From IMG/VR virus record IMGVR_UViG_3300024331_000007, positions 295,891-359,890 of that record: a stretch of DNA of 64,000 nt, one strand, 5' to 3'. Origin of the DNA: a virus (lineage: Duplodnaviria; Caudoviricetes). The number at the start of each line of letters is the position of its first letter. Position 1 is the first letter of the stretch. Positions 39,410 to 48,988 of the stretch are shown in pieces. The notes under the pieces were generated by a model. The model did no database searches. It had not been told where the DNA came from and was given only the letters and a program-made list of their open reading frames with translations. Position numbers and translations under genes: made by a program.

Positions 39410-40140
39410 TCGACACCCTAAAAGAAATCATTGCGTATACACACGCATTGGGATTTTTGGAATTGGTAAAGGTAACAGCCACTCCAACTACAACGGAATT
39501 AAATTCAATGGCCGCTGACAAGACTGTTGTTCTGAACAGTAAGTTTGTTCAGCCAGTTGCTGAACTAGAAGGAATTTTTGGTTTGCACGATCTTGGTCGT
39601 TTAAACACTATTCTGAACATTCCTGAATATAAGGACAACGCTTCAATTACTGTTACTAAATTGGTTGTTAACGGAACAGATATTCCAACGGGAATTGCAT
39701 TTTCAAATGCAAACAAAGATTTCAGAAACGAATATCGCTTCATGAGTCAGGAAGTTGTTGAGACACAATTGCCCCCTCGTAATCGCAAGAACATTACATG
39801 GGACGTTTCTATTCAGCCGTCAGTGAACGCAATTCAGCGTTTGAAATTTCAATCACAGGCAGCGGGTAGTGCAGCAGGAACATTTCAGGCTCGTGTTGAT
39901 AAACGAAATCTAATATTCACTCTTGGTGACCACAGCACCCATAGTGGAGATTTTGTTTTCGAAAGCAATGTTGCTGGTTCATTAAAAGACCCTCGTGAAT
40001 GGCCGTTGGAGCATGTCAAGGGAATCCTAGGATTGACAGGCGATAAGGTTATGGAAATCAGTGATGAAGGCGCAATGCAAATCACAGTCACAACTGGTCA
40101 GGCTGTTCACCAATACACTATTCTTGCTCGCAGCAAGTAA
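39406..40140 (+). CDS. Sliding clamp (gp45-like processivity factor)
   Basis: 244 aa, alpha/beta pattern with FGL.DL..L..IL and YRFM motifs; located near polB. Confidence 0.65.
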   Translation: MIDTLKEIIAYTHALGFLELVKVTATPTTTELNSMAADKTVVLNSKFVQPVAELEGIFGLHDLGRLNTILNIPEYKDNASITVTKLVVNGTDIPTGIAFSNANKDFRNEYRFMSQEVVETQLPPRNRKNITWDVSIQPSVNAIQRLKFQSQAAGSAAGTFQARVDKRNLIFTLGDHSTHSGDFVFESNVAGSLKDPREWPLEHVKGILGLTGDKVMEISDEGAMQITVTTGQAVHQYTILARSK

Positions 40141-40154
40141 ATCGGAGTAGTACA

Positions 40155-41687
40155 TTGCCTTTATCTAATCTGGTCATACCACAAGATGATATGACGGCCA
40201 AGATTGTTGGTAAAAATGGATTGCCAGAAGTGGCTCTGTTTTTGCCAGCAATCAGTCCGTTTTTTGCAGGATATATTGGTCGTCAGCATTTTATGTCTCG
40301 CGGACATATTGATCCGTCGCGAATCAGTCCATTACTTGAAAATGGAATTGCTGGTCTTAACTGGATGGACAAGAATGAAGGATATTTCTACTATAAGCAC
40401 AATCTATTCAGTGCTGGTCACGTAAATTTAGATGACAAGAAAAAGAAAAAGTCCATTCGCGAGTATATGGTTTACAATCGTGACCGCCAGAATACTTTTG
40501 TATTGGGAGACTCTGGTGGATACCAAATTGGTAAAGGCGTATGGAAAGCAGACTGGAAAAATCCAAGCTGTCCTGCCGCCGCAGTAAAACGAAAACAAGT
40601 TTTGGAATGGATGGATCATCATATGGATTATGGTATGATCCTTGATATTCCAGCGTGGGTTCGTAAAACACAGAAGGGGATTGAATCGTCGGGTATATCC
40701 ACTTTTGATGACGCTATTCAGGCTACATCTATTAACAATGAGTATTTCATGCGTAATCGAACAGGTGCATGTAAATTTCTCAACGTAATGCAAGGCGGCA
40801 ATCACAAGGAATCGGAAGATTGGTATCAGAAGATGAAAAAATTCTGTGATCCAAAGCAGTACGAGACTCCTTTCAATGGTTGGGCATGTGGAAGTCAGAT
40901 TGCATGTGATCCGCATTTAACTTTGAAGCGTTTGATTACGGCTCGTTTTGATGGACTTCTGGAACCGGGCATTCATGATTGGATTCACGTTCTTGGTCAG
41001 AGCGACTTTGAATGGGTTTTGATTCTGAGCGATATGCAAAGATCGATACGAAAGTATCACAACCCAAATATGACAATCAGCTACGATTGCGCGGGCCCGT
41101 TTATTGCTGGCGCTCATGGTCTACTATATTATGATCTGATTCGTAAAAATAAGGGTTACTGGAGTTTTCCGACGAAGCGCGGCTTTAACAATAAGAAGTA
41201 TGCGACTGACACTCGCAGCATTAAAGATGCTGTGTTGCAGGATAACATTTATGAATCGTGGGTGGATTCTCCAATCACACAACGTTTGAAGATGAACGAT
41301 TTTTGTCATCTCGGTCCCACTGATCTAAACAGACTTGGAAAGATCGGGACAACAAGTATGGATACTTTCAGCTATGCATTGCTTATTGCACATAATGTGT
41401 GGACTCACATAGAAACAGTTCAGGAGGCCAATCGTCAATACGGTATTGGAAATTTTCCAGCCGTCATGTCAACGGTTACCACAAGAAAGAAAGCTGTTAT
41501 CTTTGATCGTGCATATTGCAGCGATATTATTGACGATATTTGGGCAACAAGCGATTATGGTAAGGCAATGAAGTTAATTGACCATTACAGCGAATACTGG
41601 ATGCAATTCCGAGGAGTTCGTGGAAACGTGGGCAGGTTTACAAAAAATTCAACTACGGCTTTCGATCACATCTTTCAAGAGGTATAG
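40155..41687 (+). CDS. dpdA: TGT-fold DNA deazaguanine transglycosylase (DpdA-like)
   Basis: LGDSGGYQI, GMILDIP, FLNVMQG, IHVLG and SYDCAGP motifs; adjacent to queD/folE/queE. Confidence 0.75.
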   Translation: MPLSNLVIPQDDMTAKIVGKNGLPEVALFLPAISPFFAGYIGRQHFMSRGHIDPSRISPLLENGIAGLNWMDKNEGYFYYKHNLFSAGHVNLDDKKKKKSIREYMVYNRDRQNTFVLGDSGGYQIGKGVWKADWKNPSCPAAAVKRKQVLEWMDHHMDYGMILDIPAWVRKTQKGIESSGISTFDDAIQATSINNEYFMRNRTGACKFLNVMQGGNHKESEDWYQKMKKFCDPKQYETPFNGWACGSQIACDPHLTLKRLITARFDGLLEPGIHDWIHVLGQSDFEWVLILSDMQRSIRKYHNPNMTISYDCAGPFIAGAHGLLYYDLIRKNKGYWSFPTKRGFNNKKYATDTRSIKDAVLQDNIYESWVDSPITQRLKMNDFCHLGPTDLNRLGKIGTTSMDTFSYALLIAHNVWTHIETVQEANRQYGIGNFPAVMSTVTTRKKAVIFDRAYCSDIIDDIWATSDYGKAMKLIDHYSEYWMQFRGVRGNVGRFTKNSTTAFDHIFQEV

Positions 41688-41688
41688 T

Positions 41689-42000
41689 ATGAGGAAAATT
41701 AACACAACAAAGGTATTAAACCCATCTAGTTATGAACCAGCAATAGCCATCTACGTTATCAACGAAGACGGATCGAAGGAACAGTTTTTAGCTAACGATC
41801 ACCAACAATATACGCCCGCTCAAATGCATTTGATTAACCGAATCAATACAACCTTCACTAAAAACGGAAAACCTGTTCTATCGGAGGAAGAAATCAATTA
41901 CCTTCTTCGCAGCGATGAACTTGTAGAACCAAACGAAGAGGAATTGCAGAAACTAGCTGGATTTACGGTTGAGAAAAAGATCATCTACAATGACAAGTAA
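41689..42000 (+). CDS. Hypothetical protein
   Basis: ATG after a GAGG RBS, directly behind the dpdA stop. Confidence 0.55.
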   Translation: MRKINTTKVLNPSSYEPAIAIYVINEDGSKEQFLANDHQQYTPAQMHLINRINTTFTKNGKPVLSEEEINYLLRSDELVEPNEEELQKLAGFTVEKKIIYNDK

Positions 42001-42279
42001 ATGAAAACGTCACCAAAAGTTGGAGATTATGTTGCTCTTAAAAAGCCGCATGTCGTAAAGTATCCCATTGGAGTGGTTAAATCAATTGAACTAAGACCAT
42101 TTCCTGTTGGTAAAAACTTTGATGGTGTTAGCCCAGTTTATGTAGTGGATATACCAACAGATGATCCTAAAAGTGCTAGGTGTGATACAATTCCAGTATG
42201 GCGTCAGGCGACTGGATTGAAAAAGTCTTCATATAAACGATACATGAACCAATTATTTCTAAGAATGCTGGAGCTATGA
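42001..42279 (+). CDS. Hypothetical protein (SH3/KOW-like)
   Basis: PKVGDYVAL...GVVKSI. Confidence 0.55.
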   Translation: MKTSPKVGDYVALKKPHVVKYPIGVVKSIELRPFPVGKNFDGVSPVYVVDIPTDDPKSARCDTIPVWRQATGLKKSSYKRYMNQLFLRMLEL

Positions 42280-42719
42280 AAACACAGGGTAAGGAACTAA
42301 TTCTTGAAGGAATCAATATGCCAAACAAGCAGAAAACATTCGTATATACCACATTGCAGAAGGAAGGTTATCATTCATTTCCAGAAGCGGCGACCCTACC
42401 TAATTTCGCAACGGGCGATTCTTCAGATGTGTCTCATCTGGCTTATAAGCATATGCATTATTTCATAATCAAAGTTTGGATTCAGGTTCCCCATTCAAAT
42501 CGTGATATTGAGTTTATTCAGCTTCGTCGGTGGCTTGACAATTATTTTGGACCTGAACCAATCGACTTTGGAAATCGTTCATGTGAAATGATTGCTGAAG
42601 ACCTTTCATTGGAATTGTCAGAAGCATATCCAGATAGTGAATTGAGAATTGATGTTGCGGAAGACAATATTAATGGTGCGTATATTGAAGTAACGCCTGA
42701 GGAAAACGATGGCATTTGA
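42276..42719 (+). CDS. queD: QueD-like (6-carboxytetrahydropterin synthase, T-fold)
   Basis: EGYH...HMHYF...RDIEFI...SCEMIA; adjacent to folE. Confidence 0.7.
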   Translation: MKTQGKELILEGINMPNKQKTFVYTTLQKEGYHSFPEAATLPNFATGDSSDVSHLAYKHMHYFIIKVWIQVPHSNRDIEFIQLRRWLDNYFGPEPIDFGNRSCEMIAEDLSLELSEAYPDSELRIDVAEDNINGAYIEVTPEENDGI

Positions 42720-43425
42720 TAAACACAAAACAAATCCAACTCTCGGTATTCGTATTGATGAGATGTTGCGCAAGGCAGGGGTGCACACACCTTCTAACGG
42801 CACGTTTTTTATTAATGAAGATGATACTGCAACTATAATTGAACCAGCAGACAGCGATCTTCAGATCGCTAAGATTTCTCAGTACTTTACAAACATCATG
42901 ACTGTTCTTGGTTTGGATTTGAACGATGACAGTATGAGCGATACACCAACTCGTGTTGCTAAGATGTTTGTTAATGAATTATTTTGGGGTCTGAAAGCGG
43001 AAAACTTCCCAAAATGTACGGCTGTTGAAAACAAGATGCGTTATGACGAAATGGTAGTCGTCAAGAACATTAAGTTGCAATCAGTATGTGAACATCACTG
43101 GCAGAACATTACAGGAAAGGTGACGATTGCGTATATTCCAAAGAATAAGGTTTTGGGCCTCAGCAAGTTTTCTCGCATAACAGAATATTTCAGCCGCAGA
43201 CCACAAATTCAGGAACGATTGACAGAGCAGATTTTCCATACTCTAGTTGAGATTCTGGAAACGGAGGATGTTGCAGTTTTCATTGATGCAGAACACGCAT
43301 GTATGACTGGTCGCGGGGTTGAAGATATTGATGCAACTACTGTAACAAACAGGCTGGGTGGAAGATTTAGAAATGATCCTGCTGCACGAGTAGAGTTTAT
43401 GCATGTTGCAACAAGTAAGGAATAG
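42709..43425 (+). CDS. folE: GTP cyclohydrolase I
   Basis: TPTRVAKM, SVCEHH, GLSKF.R...RRPQIQERLT and H.CM..RG motifs. Confidence 0.95.
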   Translation: MAFDKHKTNPTLGIRIDEMLRKAGVHTPSNGTFFINEDDTATIIEPADSDLQIAKISQYFTNIMTVLGLDLNDDSMSDTPTRVAKMFVNELFWGLKAENFPKCTAVENKMRYDEMVVVKNIKLQSVCEHHWQNITGKVTIAYIPKNKVLGLSKFSRITEYFSRRPQIQERLTEQIFHTLVEILETEDVAVFIDAEHACMTGRGVEDIDATTVTNRLGGRFRNDPAARVEFMHVATSKE

Positions 43426-43426
43426 T

Positions 43427-43639
43427 ATGAGAGCATTTATCGCATTGATAAAAACTTTAGGTGTATTAATTAGTGTGACATCGTGTATCGTTATTGTGGG
43501 TATCGGCATGGATTATCCGCTTATAAGACACATAGCTGGGTTGAGTATTTTTGCTATGATAGTTATCGCTCTTATTGGCGCATTGTTCATGAGTTTTTAT
43601 GAAAATGAAACCAATATAAATGATTCTGGACGAGGATAA
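43427..43639 (+). CDS. Small membrane protein (2 TM)
   Basis: Two hydrophobic stretches. Confidence 0.5.
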   Translation: MRAFIALIKTLGVLISVTSCIVIVGIGMDYPLIRHIAGLSIFAMIVIALIGALFMSFYENETNINDSGRG

Positions 43640-44492
43640 GATGGGCATCAAAATATCAGAAATTTTTATGTCCCTTCAGGGAGAGGGAAAGTTTGTTGGA
43701 GTGCCAAGTCTCTTTGTGAGAACTTTTGGTTGCAATTTTACTTGTTCTGGATTTGGAATGCCGCACAATGAACGCAGTGAAGAAAGATTGTCAATCGATC
43801 CTTCTCAATTCACATTATATAAAGAGTTGCCTCTTGTAAAAACAGGATGCGATTCATATCCGTCATGGGATGTTCGATTCAAGGATTTGAGTCCGTTGAT
43901 GGCAGTGGAAGATATCGTTGATGAGATGACGCAACTTCTTCCAAACGGTGTGTTTGGTAAGGACAAGCATCTCATTCTCACAGGCGGAGAACCTCTTCTC
44001 GGATGGCAAAAACAATATCCAGAGTTTCTTGATGAAATATATGGAAGAAATCTTGGATTGACAGATATTACATTTGAAACAAACGGAACACAAAAGATCA
44101 GTCCTGAACTTCGCAGAGGATTGTCCGATAGTTTTAACTATTACAAACTCCATACCACATTCAGTGTGAGTGCCAAACTTCCTGTATCTGGAGAGAAATG
44201 GGAAGACGCAATTAAGCCTGAAGTAGTAGTTGATTATCAAACAATACCGGGCAATTCTACGTATTTGAAATTTGTAGTTGCCACAGAAGAAGACGTTGAA
44301 GATGCCAGAGTTGCCGTTGAGCAGTATCGAGATGCAGGATTCACAGGCTCAATATACTTGATGCCTGTTGGCGGGACCGACGAAGGGTACTATCTAAATA
44401 ATAAGAAAGTCGCAGAATTGGCGTTGAAAAATGGATACAGATACTCTCCAAGATTGCAGGTTGATCTTTGGAAAAATAGTTGGGCATCATGA
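43620..44492 (+). CDS. queE: 7-carboxy-7-deazaguanine synthase (radical SAM)
   Basis: EIFMSLQGEG, RTFGCNFTC...GCDS, LTGGEPLL, ETNG, SAKL and PRLQVDLW motifs. Confidence 0.9.
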   Translation: MILDEDKMGIKISEIFMSLQGEGKFVGVPSLFVRTFGCNFTCSGFGMPHNERSEERLSIDPSQFTLYKELPLVKTGCDSYPSWDVRFKDLSPLMAVEDIVDEMTQLLPNGVFGKDKHLILTGGEPLLGWQKQYPEFLDEIYGRNLGLTDITFETNGTQKISPELRRGLSDSFNYYKLHTTFSVSAKLPVSGEKWEDAIKPEVVVDYQTIPGNSTYLKFVVATEEDVEDARVAVEQYRDAGFTGSIYLMPVGGTDEGYYLNNKKVAELALKNGYRYSPRLQVDLWKNSWAS

Positions 44493-44665
44493 CAAGGCTA
44501 TTCACACCATTCTTAAGTTTTTCGTTGGCAATGTATATGGCATTTGTAGCTGGGAAAAGTTACTCACTGCATCCAACCAAAATCGGAGACGTGATCTTGT
44601 GTATGGGATTTTCAATCCTACTCGTCCTGATTGGAATCATCACGCTACCGAGGGCGAACAGATAA
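44489..44665 (+). CDS. Small membrane protein (2 TM)
   Basis: Hydrophobic 58-aa ORF with ATGA overlap of the queE stop. Confidence 0.45.
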   Translation: MTRLFTPFLSFSLAMYMAFVAGKSYSLHPTKIGDVILCMGFSILLVLIGIITLPRANR

Positions 44666-44674
44666 GGAGTCATA

Positions 44675-45076
44675 ATGGGTTTTTTTAGCAAGGTTTGGGA
44701 ACAGTGGAAACTCGAACGCGCAGAAAGAAAATGGAAAAAGAAGTTCGATAGTATTAAGGTATCTCCTGAAGTTCAAAGTGAGAAAGACGCCTTTACTGCT
44801 AAGGGAGAGCCTTGGGTTTCTGTTCTTCGTATGGATATCGATCCAACCAATCTTTCTGACGGTGCATTCGAACTGGACTGGAATGAAATCTTTGTTGCTC
44901 GTCTTATAAAAGCTGGATACAACGGAAGAGACGACAAGGCAATTGTTGAGCAATGGTTCAATAACATTTGTGCAAATGTAGTTGCTGGAACATACGAGCA
45001 GGAGATGGCCGATCCTGAAAAGAGACGAAGAGTTCAGCGTAAGAGAATCGACAAGTCTACCACTGAGGTTTCGTAG
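44675..45076 (+). CDS. Hypothetical protein
   Basis: GEPWV...FELDWN..F...L...GY...D..IV.QWF motif; clean ORF in the operon. Confidence 0.6.
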   Translation: MGFFSKVWEQWKLERAERKWKKKFDSIKVSPEVQSEKDAFTAKGEPWVSVLRMDIDPTNLSDGAFELDWNEIFVARLIKAGYNGRDDKAIVEQWFNNICANVVAGTYEQEMADPEKRRRVQRKRIDKSTTEVS

Positions 45077-45345
45077 TGATCTTGCCGTTTGACGATTTTT
45101 GCAAACTGTTCCCGCAAGATCGTCCAAGCCAGTACATCTTTATAAAAGAAGATGGATACTATCGGCATGTTATAGCTAATGGAAGTTTTGAGATTACATA
45201 TGATCTGTTGAAAGATTATGAGCATGAATCAAACAATTATCATAAGATCATTCTCGAAATTTATGATGACTTGCCAATTTTTGTTCATAAGGATTTGATT
45301 GAACAAAAAGTGAGATTGACAGTTGTATCCAAGTCCACTAAGTAG
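45076..45345 (+). CDS. Hypothetical protein
   Basis: GTG start overlapping the upstream stop. Confidence 0.5.
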   Translation: MILPFDDFCKLFPQDRPSQYIFIKEDGYYRHVIANGSFEITYDLLKDYEHESNNYHKIILEIYDDLPIFVHKDLIEQKVRLTVVSKSTK

Positions 45346-45400
45346 ATAACCAAACTTTATATTAGACTTCCAGTTCACTTTAATTTATACTGGAAGAACT

Positions 45401-46396
45401 ATGAACAAATTCCTACTAGTTGATGCAAGCCACATGTTTCACAGGGCCAAACATTCTGTCCGTGGCGACCAAGGTGAAAAGATTGGTATGTGTTTGCATA
45501 TCATTTTTAATAGTTTGGGCAAAGCTTGGAGAACGCAGGGTGCCAACCATGTTGTTTTCGCATTTGATGGACGAAGCTGGCGCAAGGATACATACAAACC
45601 ATATAAAGCTAATCGGTCAGAATCATCTTCATCCCCATCTGAAGTTGCAGAGAACAAGTTGTTCTTTGAAGCTTTTGATATTTTTAGGAAGTTTGTAAGC
45701 CTTAAAACAAATTGTACTATTCTTGAGCATCCAATTTTGGAAGCTGACGATTTGATTAGCGCATTTATAAAATCCCATCCAGATGATACCCACGTCATTG
45801 TGAGTAGTGATGGCGACTTTGATCAACTTCTAGCGCCGAATGTCGTTCTCTATAACGGCGTGGCTGATACCACAACAACGCTTTCAGGAGTTTTCGATTA
45901 CAAGGGAAAGCCTGTTATTGATAAGAAAACAGGAAACCCCAAAGTAGCACCAGAACCAGAATACAGTTTATTTGAAAAATCAGTTCGGGGATGTACGACT
46001 GATAATATTTTCAGCGCGTATCCCGGTATTCGAGAGAACGGATCGAAGAATAAAGCTGGACTTCGCGAAGCGTTTGCTGATCGAAAGAAGCAAGGATTCG
46101 ATTGGAGTTCCGTAATGATGCATCGTTGGACAGATCATCATGGAAATGAGCATAAGGTTTTAGATGATTACACTCGAAACAGACAGCTTGTTGATTTATG
46201 TTCGCAACCAGAAGATATTCAAATTGCAATGTATGAAACTGTTGCGGTAGCCTGCCTACCAAAATCCATACCGCAAATTGGATTACATTTCCTGAAGTTT
46301 TGTGGTCAGTATGAACTGATAAAGATGAGTGAAAGAGCCAATGAATATGTGACTCTTCTTTCATCTAAATACCCAGTGAATGGAAAGATTAACTAA
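45401..46396 (+). CDS. rnh: 5'-3' exonuclease / T4 RNase H-like (FEN family)
   Basis: LLVDASH, FAFDGRSWRK...YKANR, EADDLI, SSDGDFDQL and G..TDNI..AYPG motifs. Confidence 0.9.
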   Translation: MNKFLLVDASHMFHRAKHSVRGDQGEKIGMCLHIIFNSLGKAWRTQGANHVVFAFDGRSWRKDTYKPYKANRSESSSSPSEVAENKLFFEAFDIFRKFVSLKTNCTILEHPILEADDLISAFIKSHPDDTHVIVSSDGDFDQLLAPNVVLYNGVADTTTTLSGVFDYKGKPVIDKKTGNPKVAPEPEYSLFEKSVRGCTTDNIFSAYPGIRENGSKNKAGLREAFADRKKQGFDWSSVMMHRWTDHHGNEHKVLDDYTRNRQLVDLCSQPEDIQIAMYETVAVACLPKSIPQIGLHFLKFCGQYELIKMSERANEYVTLLSSKYPVNGKIN

Positions 46397-46757
46397 ACAC
46401 GAATGGGAAAAGAAGATTCTGGATTATCACGCCGATGTGTTAGGTCAGCCGATCCCCGCTGACGAAATTGCATTTTGGTGGTATCGGGGTGGAAATTCTG
46501 GAATGCGTTTGGAAAAACTGGGATTCAATCGTTTTGTTCAAGCTGGCATTTCGTTTAATAAGTATGATGTGACAGTTGAACAATGGTTTGGTTCCATTAC
46601 AGTTGGATTGAGTCGAATGCCATGTCCGTTTTATATTGAACCGACAGCGAAGTATTCGATGGATTACGAATTTTACTTGCCAGATGAAGAGTATGCCATG
46701 ATGTTTATGTTCATGGAAAATAATTTGGTAATGTTTGCGAAAGGGTTTATGACATGA
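46380..46757 (+). CDS. Hypothetical protein
   Basis: WW...GG.SGMRL...G...F...CPFY pattern; overlaps both neighbours. Confidence 0.55.
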   Translation: MERLTKHEWEKKILDYHADVLGQPIPADEIAFWWYRGGNSGMRLEKLGFNRFVQAGISFNKYDVTVEQWFGSITVGLSRMPCPFYIEPTAKYSMDYEFYLPDEEYAMMFMFMENNLVMFAKGFMT

Positions 46758-47239
46758 AATTATTCAGTGAGTACCTAGCAGAAGCCGAAGAACACAAAGA
46801 TGGAACATATGGTGCATTGCTGCCAACACAAACCAGCAGAGAGAAGTTGCATGAATGGATGGAAAAACAAGATATCCCAAATCTTGTTGAATCAAAAGAA
46901 TACCATTGCACTGTTGTTTATTCCACAAAACCAGTTCCAGAAGTTGCAGACATTCTCGCTCCTGTCCCATTCAGTGCAACAGTGCGTGAATGGAAAGTTT
47001 TTGGTGAAGATAAAATGCTTGTGGCGGCACTTGATTGTCCACAGGCCCAAAAACTTTTTGATAAGACAATCGATATGGGAGCAAAAAATGATTATCCCGA
47101 ATACGTCCCGCATATAACAGTTGCTTTGAAATATGAAGGCGACGTGCCAAAAGAGAAACCAGAATTTAAGATTGTTTTCCATAAATTCAAAGTATCCCCG
47201 ATGGACGCCGATTTTTCGTATAGTGACACTGAAGATTAG
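46754..47239 (+). CDS. acb1: Acb1 / T4 57B-like 2H phosphoesterase (anti-CBASS candidate)
   Basis: Two HxT motifs (EYHCTVVYS, YVPHITVA) and GTY, LV..LD and GA..DY.EY layout matching T4 57B as I recall it. Confidence 0.8.
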   Translation: MKLFSEYLAEAEEHKDGTYGALLPTQTSREKLHEWMEKQDIPNLVESKEYHCTVVYSTKPVPEVADILAPVPFSATVREWKVFGEDKMLVAALDCPQAQKLFDKTIDMGAKNDYPEYVPHITVALKYEGDVPKEKPEFKIVFHKFKVSPMDADFSYSDTED

Positions 47240-47265
47240 CCCAAAAGGGCCAAATAGCCTCCCAT

Positions 47266-47288
47266 AAACCCTTCAAAATGAAGGGTTT
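47266..47288 (+). terminator. Intrinsic terminator
   Basis: AAACCCTTCA-AAA-TGAAGGGTTT followed by a T-run. Confidence 0.75.
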
Positions 47289-47297
47289 ATTTTTTGG

Positions 47298-47326
47298 TTG
47301 ACTTTAATGGGGAAGTTTGGTATACT
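47298..47326 (+). promoter_or_regulatory. sigma70-like promoter
   Basis: TTGACT-N17-TATACT, with TGG just before the -10. Confidence 0.75.
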
Positions 47327-47350
47327 ATATATGTTGGTGAGAGGAACAAT

Positions 47351-47527
47351 ATGACTGTTTTCGGAGCGTTTGCTGACTGGTCGTATGAGGGAGATGAGTT
47401 GCTTGGAATTTTCTTGCATTCGCCGTCACATGAAGAAATCAACGCTGTATGGCGTGAAAACCCCGAACACAGGTTTGATCTTGCTCCCGAAGACGTTTTT
47501 GTGAAAGAAATTCCAGTTCGTTTGTAA
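47351..47527 (+). CDS. Small early hypothetical protein
   Basis: GAGG RBS and ATG downstream of the promoter. Confidence 0.55.
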   Translation: MTVFGAFADWSYEGDELLGIFLHSPSHEEINAVWRENPEHRFDLAPEDVFVKEIPVRL

Positions 47528-47553
47528 AAAATGAGTTTTCCACAGGCTGAGGG

Positions 47554-47582
47554 TTGACAACAGACCCAAAGTACGAGATAAT
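47554..47582 (+). promoter_or_regulatory. sigma70-like promoter
   Basis: TTGACA-N17-GATAAT. Confidence 0.7.
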
Positions 47583-47620
47583 CAAAGAGTAGCAGAAACC
47601 CCGAAAGGAAAAGCATTCAA

Positions 47621-48808
47621 ATGGCAAAGGGAAACGCAATCGATACCACGGAAGCATACACAATTAATGAGTTGATTCCGCTTCTGAAACGCGCAATGCG
47701 TGTCAAGCTCCCCGTATTTCTCTGGGCACAGCCGGGTGTCGGCAAGTCGTCCATTATTCGTCAGATCGCTTCAGACATGGGCGGAAAGTGCGTGGATATG
47801 CGCCTCAGCCAAATGTCTCCTACTGACATTATCGGCATTCCGTATTACGACAAGGCAACTTGCAAAATGAAGTTTGCCGAACCGTCGCGTCTTCCTTCGG
47901 AAGCATTTGCGAAGGATCAGCCAATTATCATTCTCTTCCTTGACGAAATGAACTCTGCTCCGCCTGCCGTACAGGCAGCAGCATACGAACTCGTTCTGGA
48001 TCGCCGCTGCGGTGAATACGAGTTGCCTGATAACGTTCGCGTTATGGCAGCGGGTAACCGCGAGTCTGACCGTGGCGTTACCTATCGCCTTGCTACTCCG
48101 CTGGCGAACCGCTTGCTCCACTACGACCTGAAGGTGGACTTCGATTCATGGCTGGATTGGGCGCTTTCTGCCGTTCAACATCCTGACGTGATTGCGTATA
48201 TCACCACCTACAAGTCTTCGTTGATCGATTTTGATCCGAACAGCGCAAGCAAGTCGTTCCCGACGCCGCGTTCGTGGGAGTTTGTTTCGAAGCTTCTCTT
48301 TACGAACACTGACGAAGACCAGATGACTGACAGCGACATTCGCGCTTGTGTAGGTGCGGCGGTTGGCGCTGGCGAGGCTGTGAAGTTCATGAACTACCTC
48401 AAGGTTGGCAAGAATTTGCCGAAGCCCGGAGATGTTCTGAGCGGCAAGGTGAAGGAAATTGGCACGAAGGAAATTTCCGCTCACTATCAGCTTATCATCA
48501 GCATGCTCTATGAGATGCGCGACTTCTGGCATTCCAACAGTGTTCAGACGGACGAGATGGTGAATCTCGGCCAGAACAAGAAGGTGAACAAGCGCAAGTG
48601 GAACAACGACAAGGCTCAGGAAAACTGGCTCCGTATGTTCGACACGTTCAATACGTTCATCATCACGCAAATCTCGCTCGAAATCGGCATCATGGTAATG
48701 CGCATGGCTGTTTCGAACTACCACTTCTCTACCAGCACGGACATGACGAAGTTGAAGACGTGGCCGAAGATGGCAGAAAAGTATTTCCCGTATATGAAGG
48801 AAGCATAA
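47621..48808 (+). CDS. MoxR-family AAA+ ATPase
   Basis: AQPGVGKS, LFLDEMN, AAGNR and PLANR motifs. Confidence 0.85.
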   Translation: MAKGNAIDTTEAYTINELIPLLKRAMRVKLPVFLWAQPGVGKSSIIRQIASDMGGKCVDMRLSQMSPTDIIGIPYYDKATCKMKFAEPSRLPSEAFAKDQPIIILFLDEMNSAPPAVQAAAYELVLDRRCGEYELPDNVRVMAAGNRESDRGVTYRLATPLANRLLHYDLKVDFDSWLDWALSAVQHPDVIAYITTYKSSLIDFDPNSASKSFPTPRSWEFVSKLLFTNTDEDQMTDSDIRACVGAAVGAGEAVKFMNYLKVGKNLPKPGDVLSGKVKEIGTKEISAHYQLIISMLYEMRDFWHSNSVQTDEMVNLGQNKKVNKRKWNNDKAQENWLRMFDTFNTFIITQISLEIGIMVMRMAVSNYHFSTSTDMTKLKTWPKMAEKYFPYMKEA

Positions 48809-48822
48809 GCTAACCTTCAAGA

Positions 48823-48847
48823 GTGGCAGGATGAAAAGTCCTGCCAC
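48823..48847 (+). terminator. Hairpin after MoxR
   Basis: GTGGCAGGA-TGAAAAG-TCCTGCCAC. Confidence 0.6.
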
Positions 48848-48988
48848 AGTTGTTCTAACCCGAAAAGGTGACTCTGTAAATGATTGATTCTAAAGGAGCC
48901 AAAACATGAATTTGTATGTTTTTTAACAGTTAGTGTATCCTAGCATGTTTGAGACATAAAAGTTTGATTTTTGAAAGGATATTGAATC

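Noticed and set aside
40155-41687. Calling the TGT-like gene a tRNA-modifying tgt
   Set aside because: No tRNA genes in the window, the C-terminal zinc-site pattern of bacterial TGT is not evident, and the replication-cluster context favours a DNA-acting DpdA; not excluded experimentally.
48146-48847. 233-aa minus-strand ORF, and similar antisense ORFs at 49415-50035 and 55597-56166
   Set aside because: Shadow frames of well-supported plus-strand genes in GC-richer sequence; no motifs or RBS.
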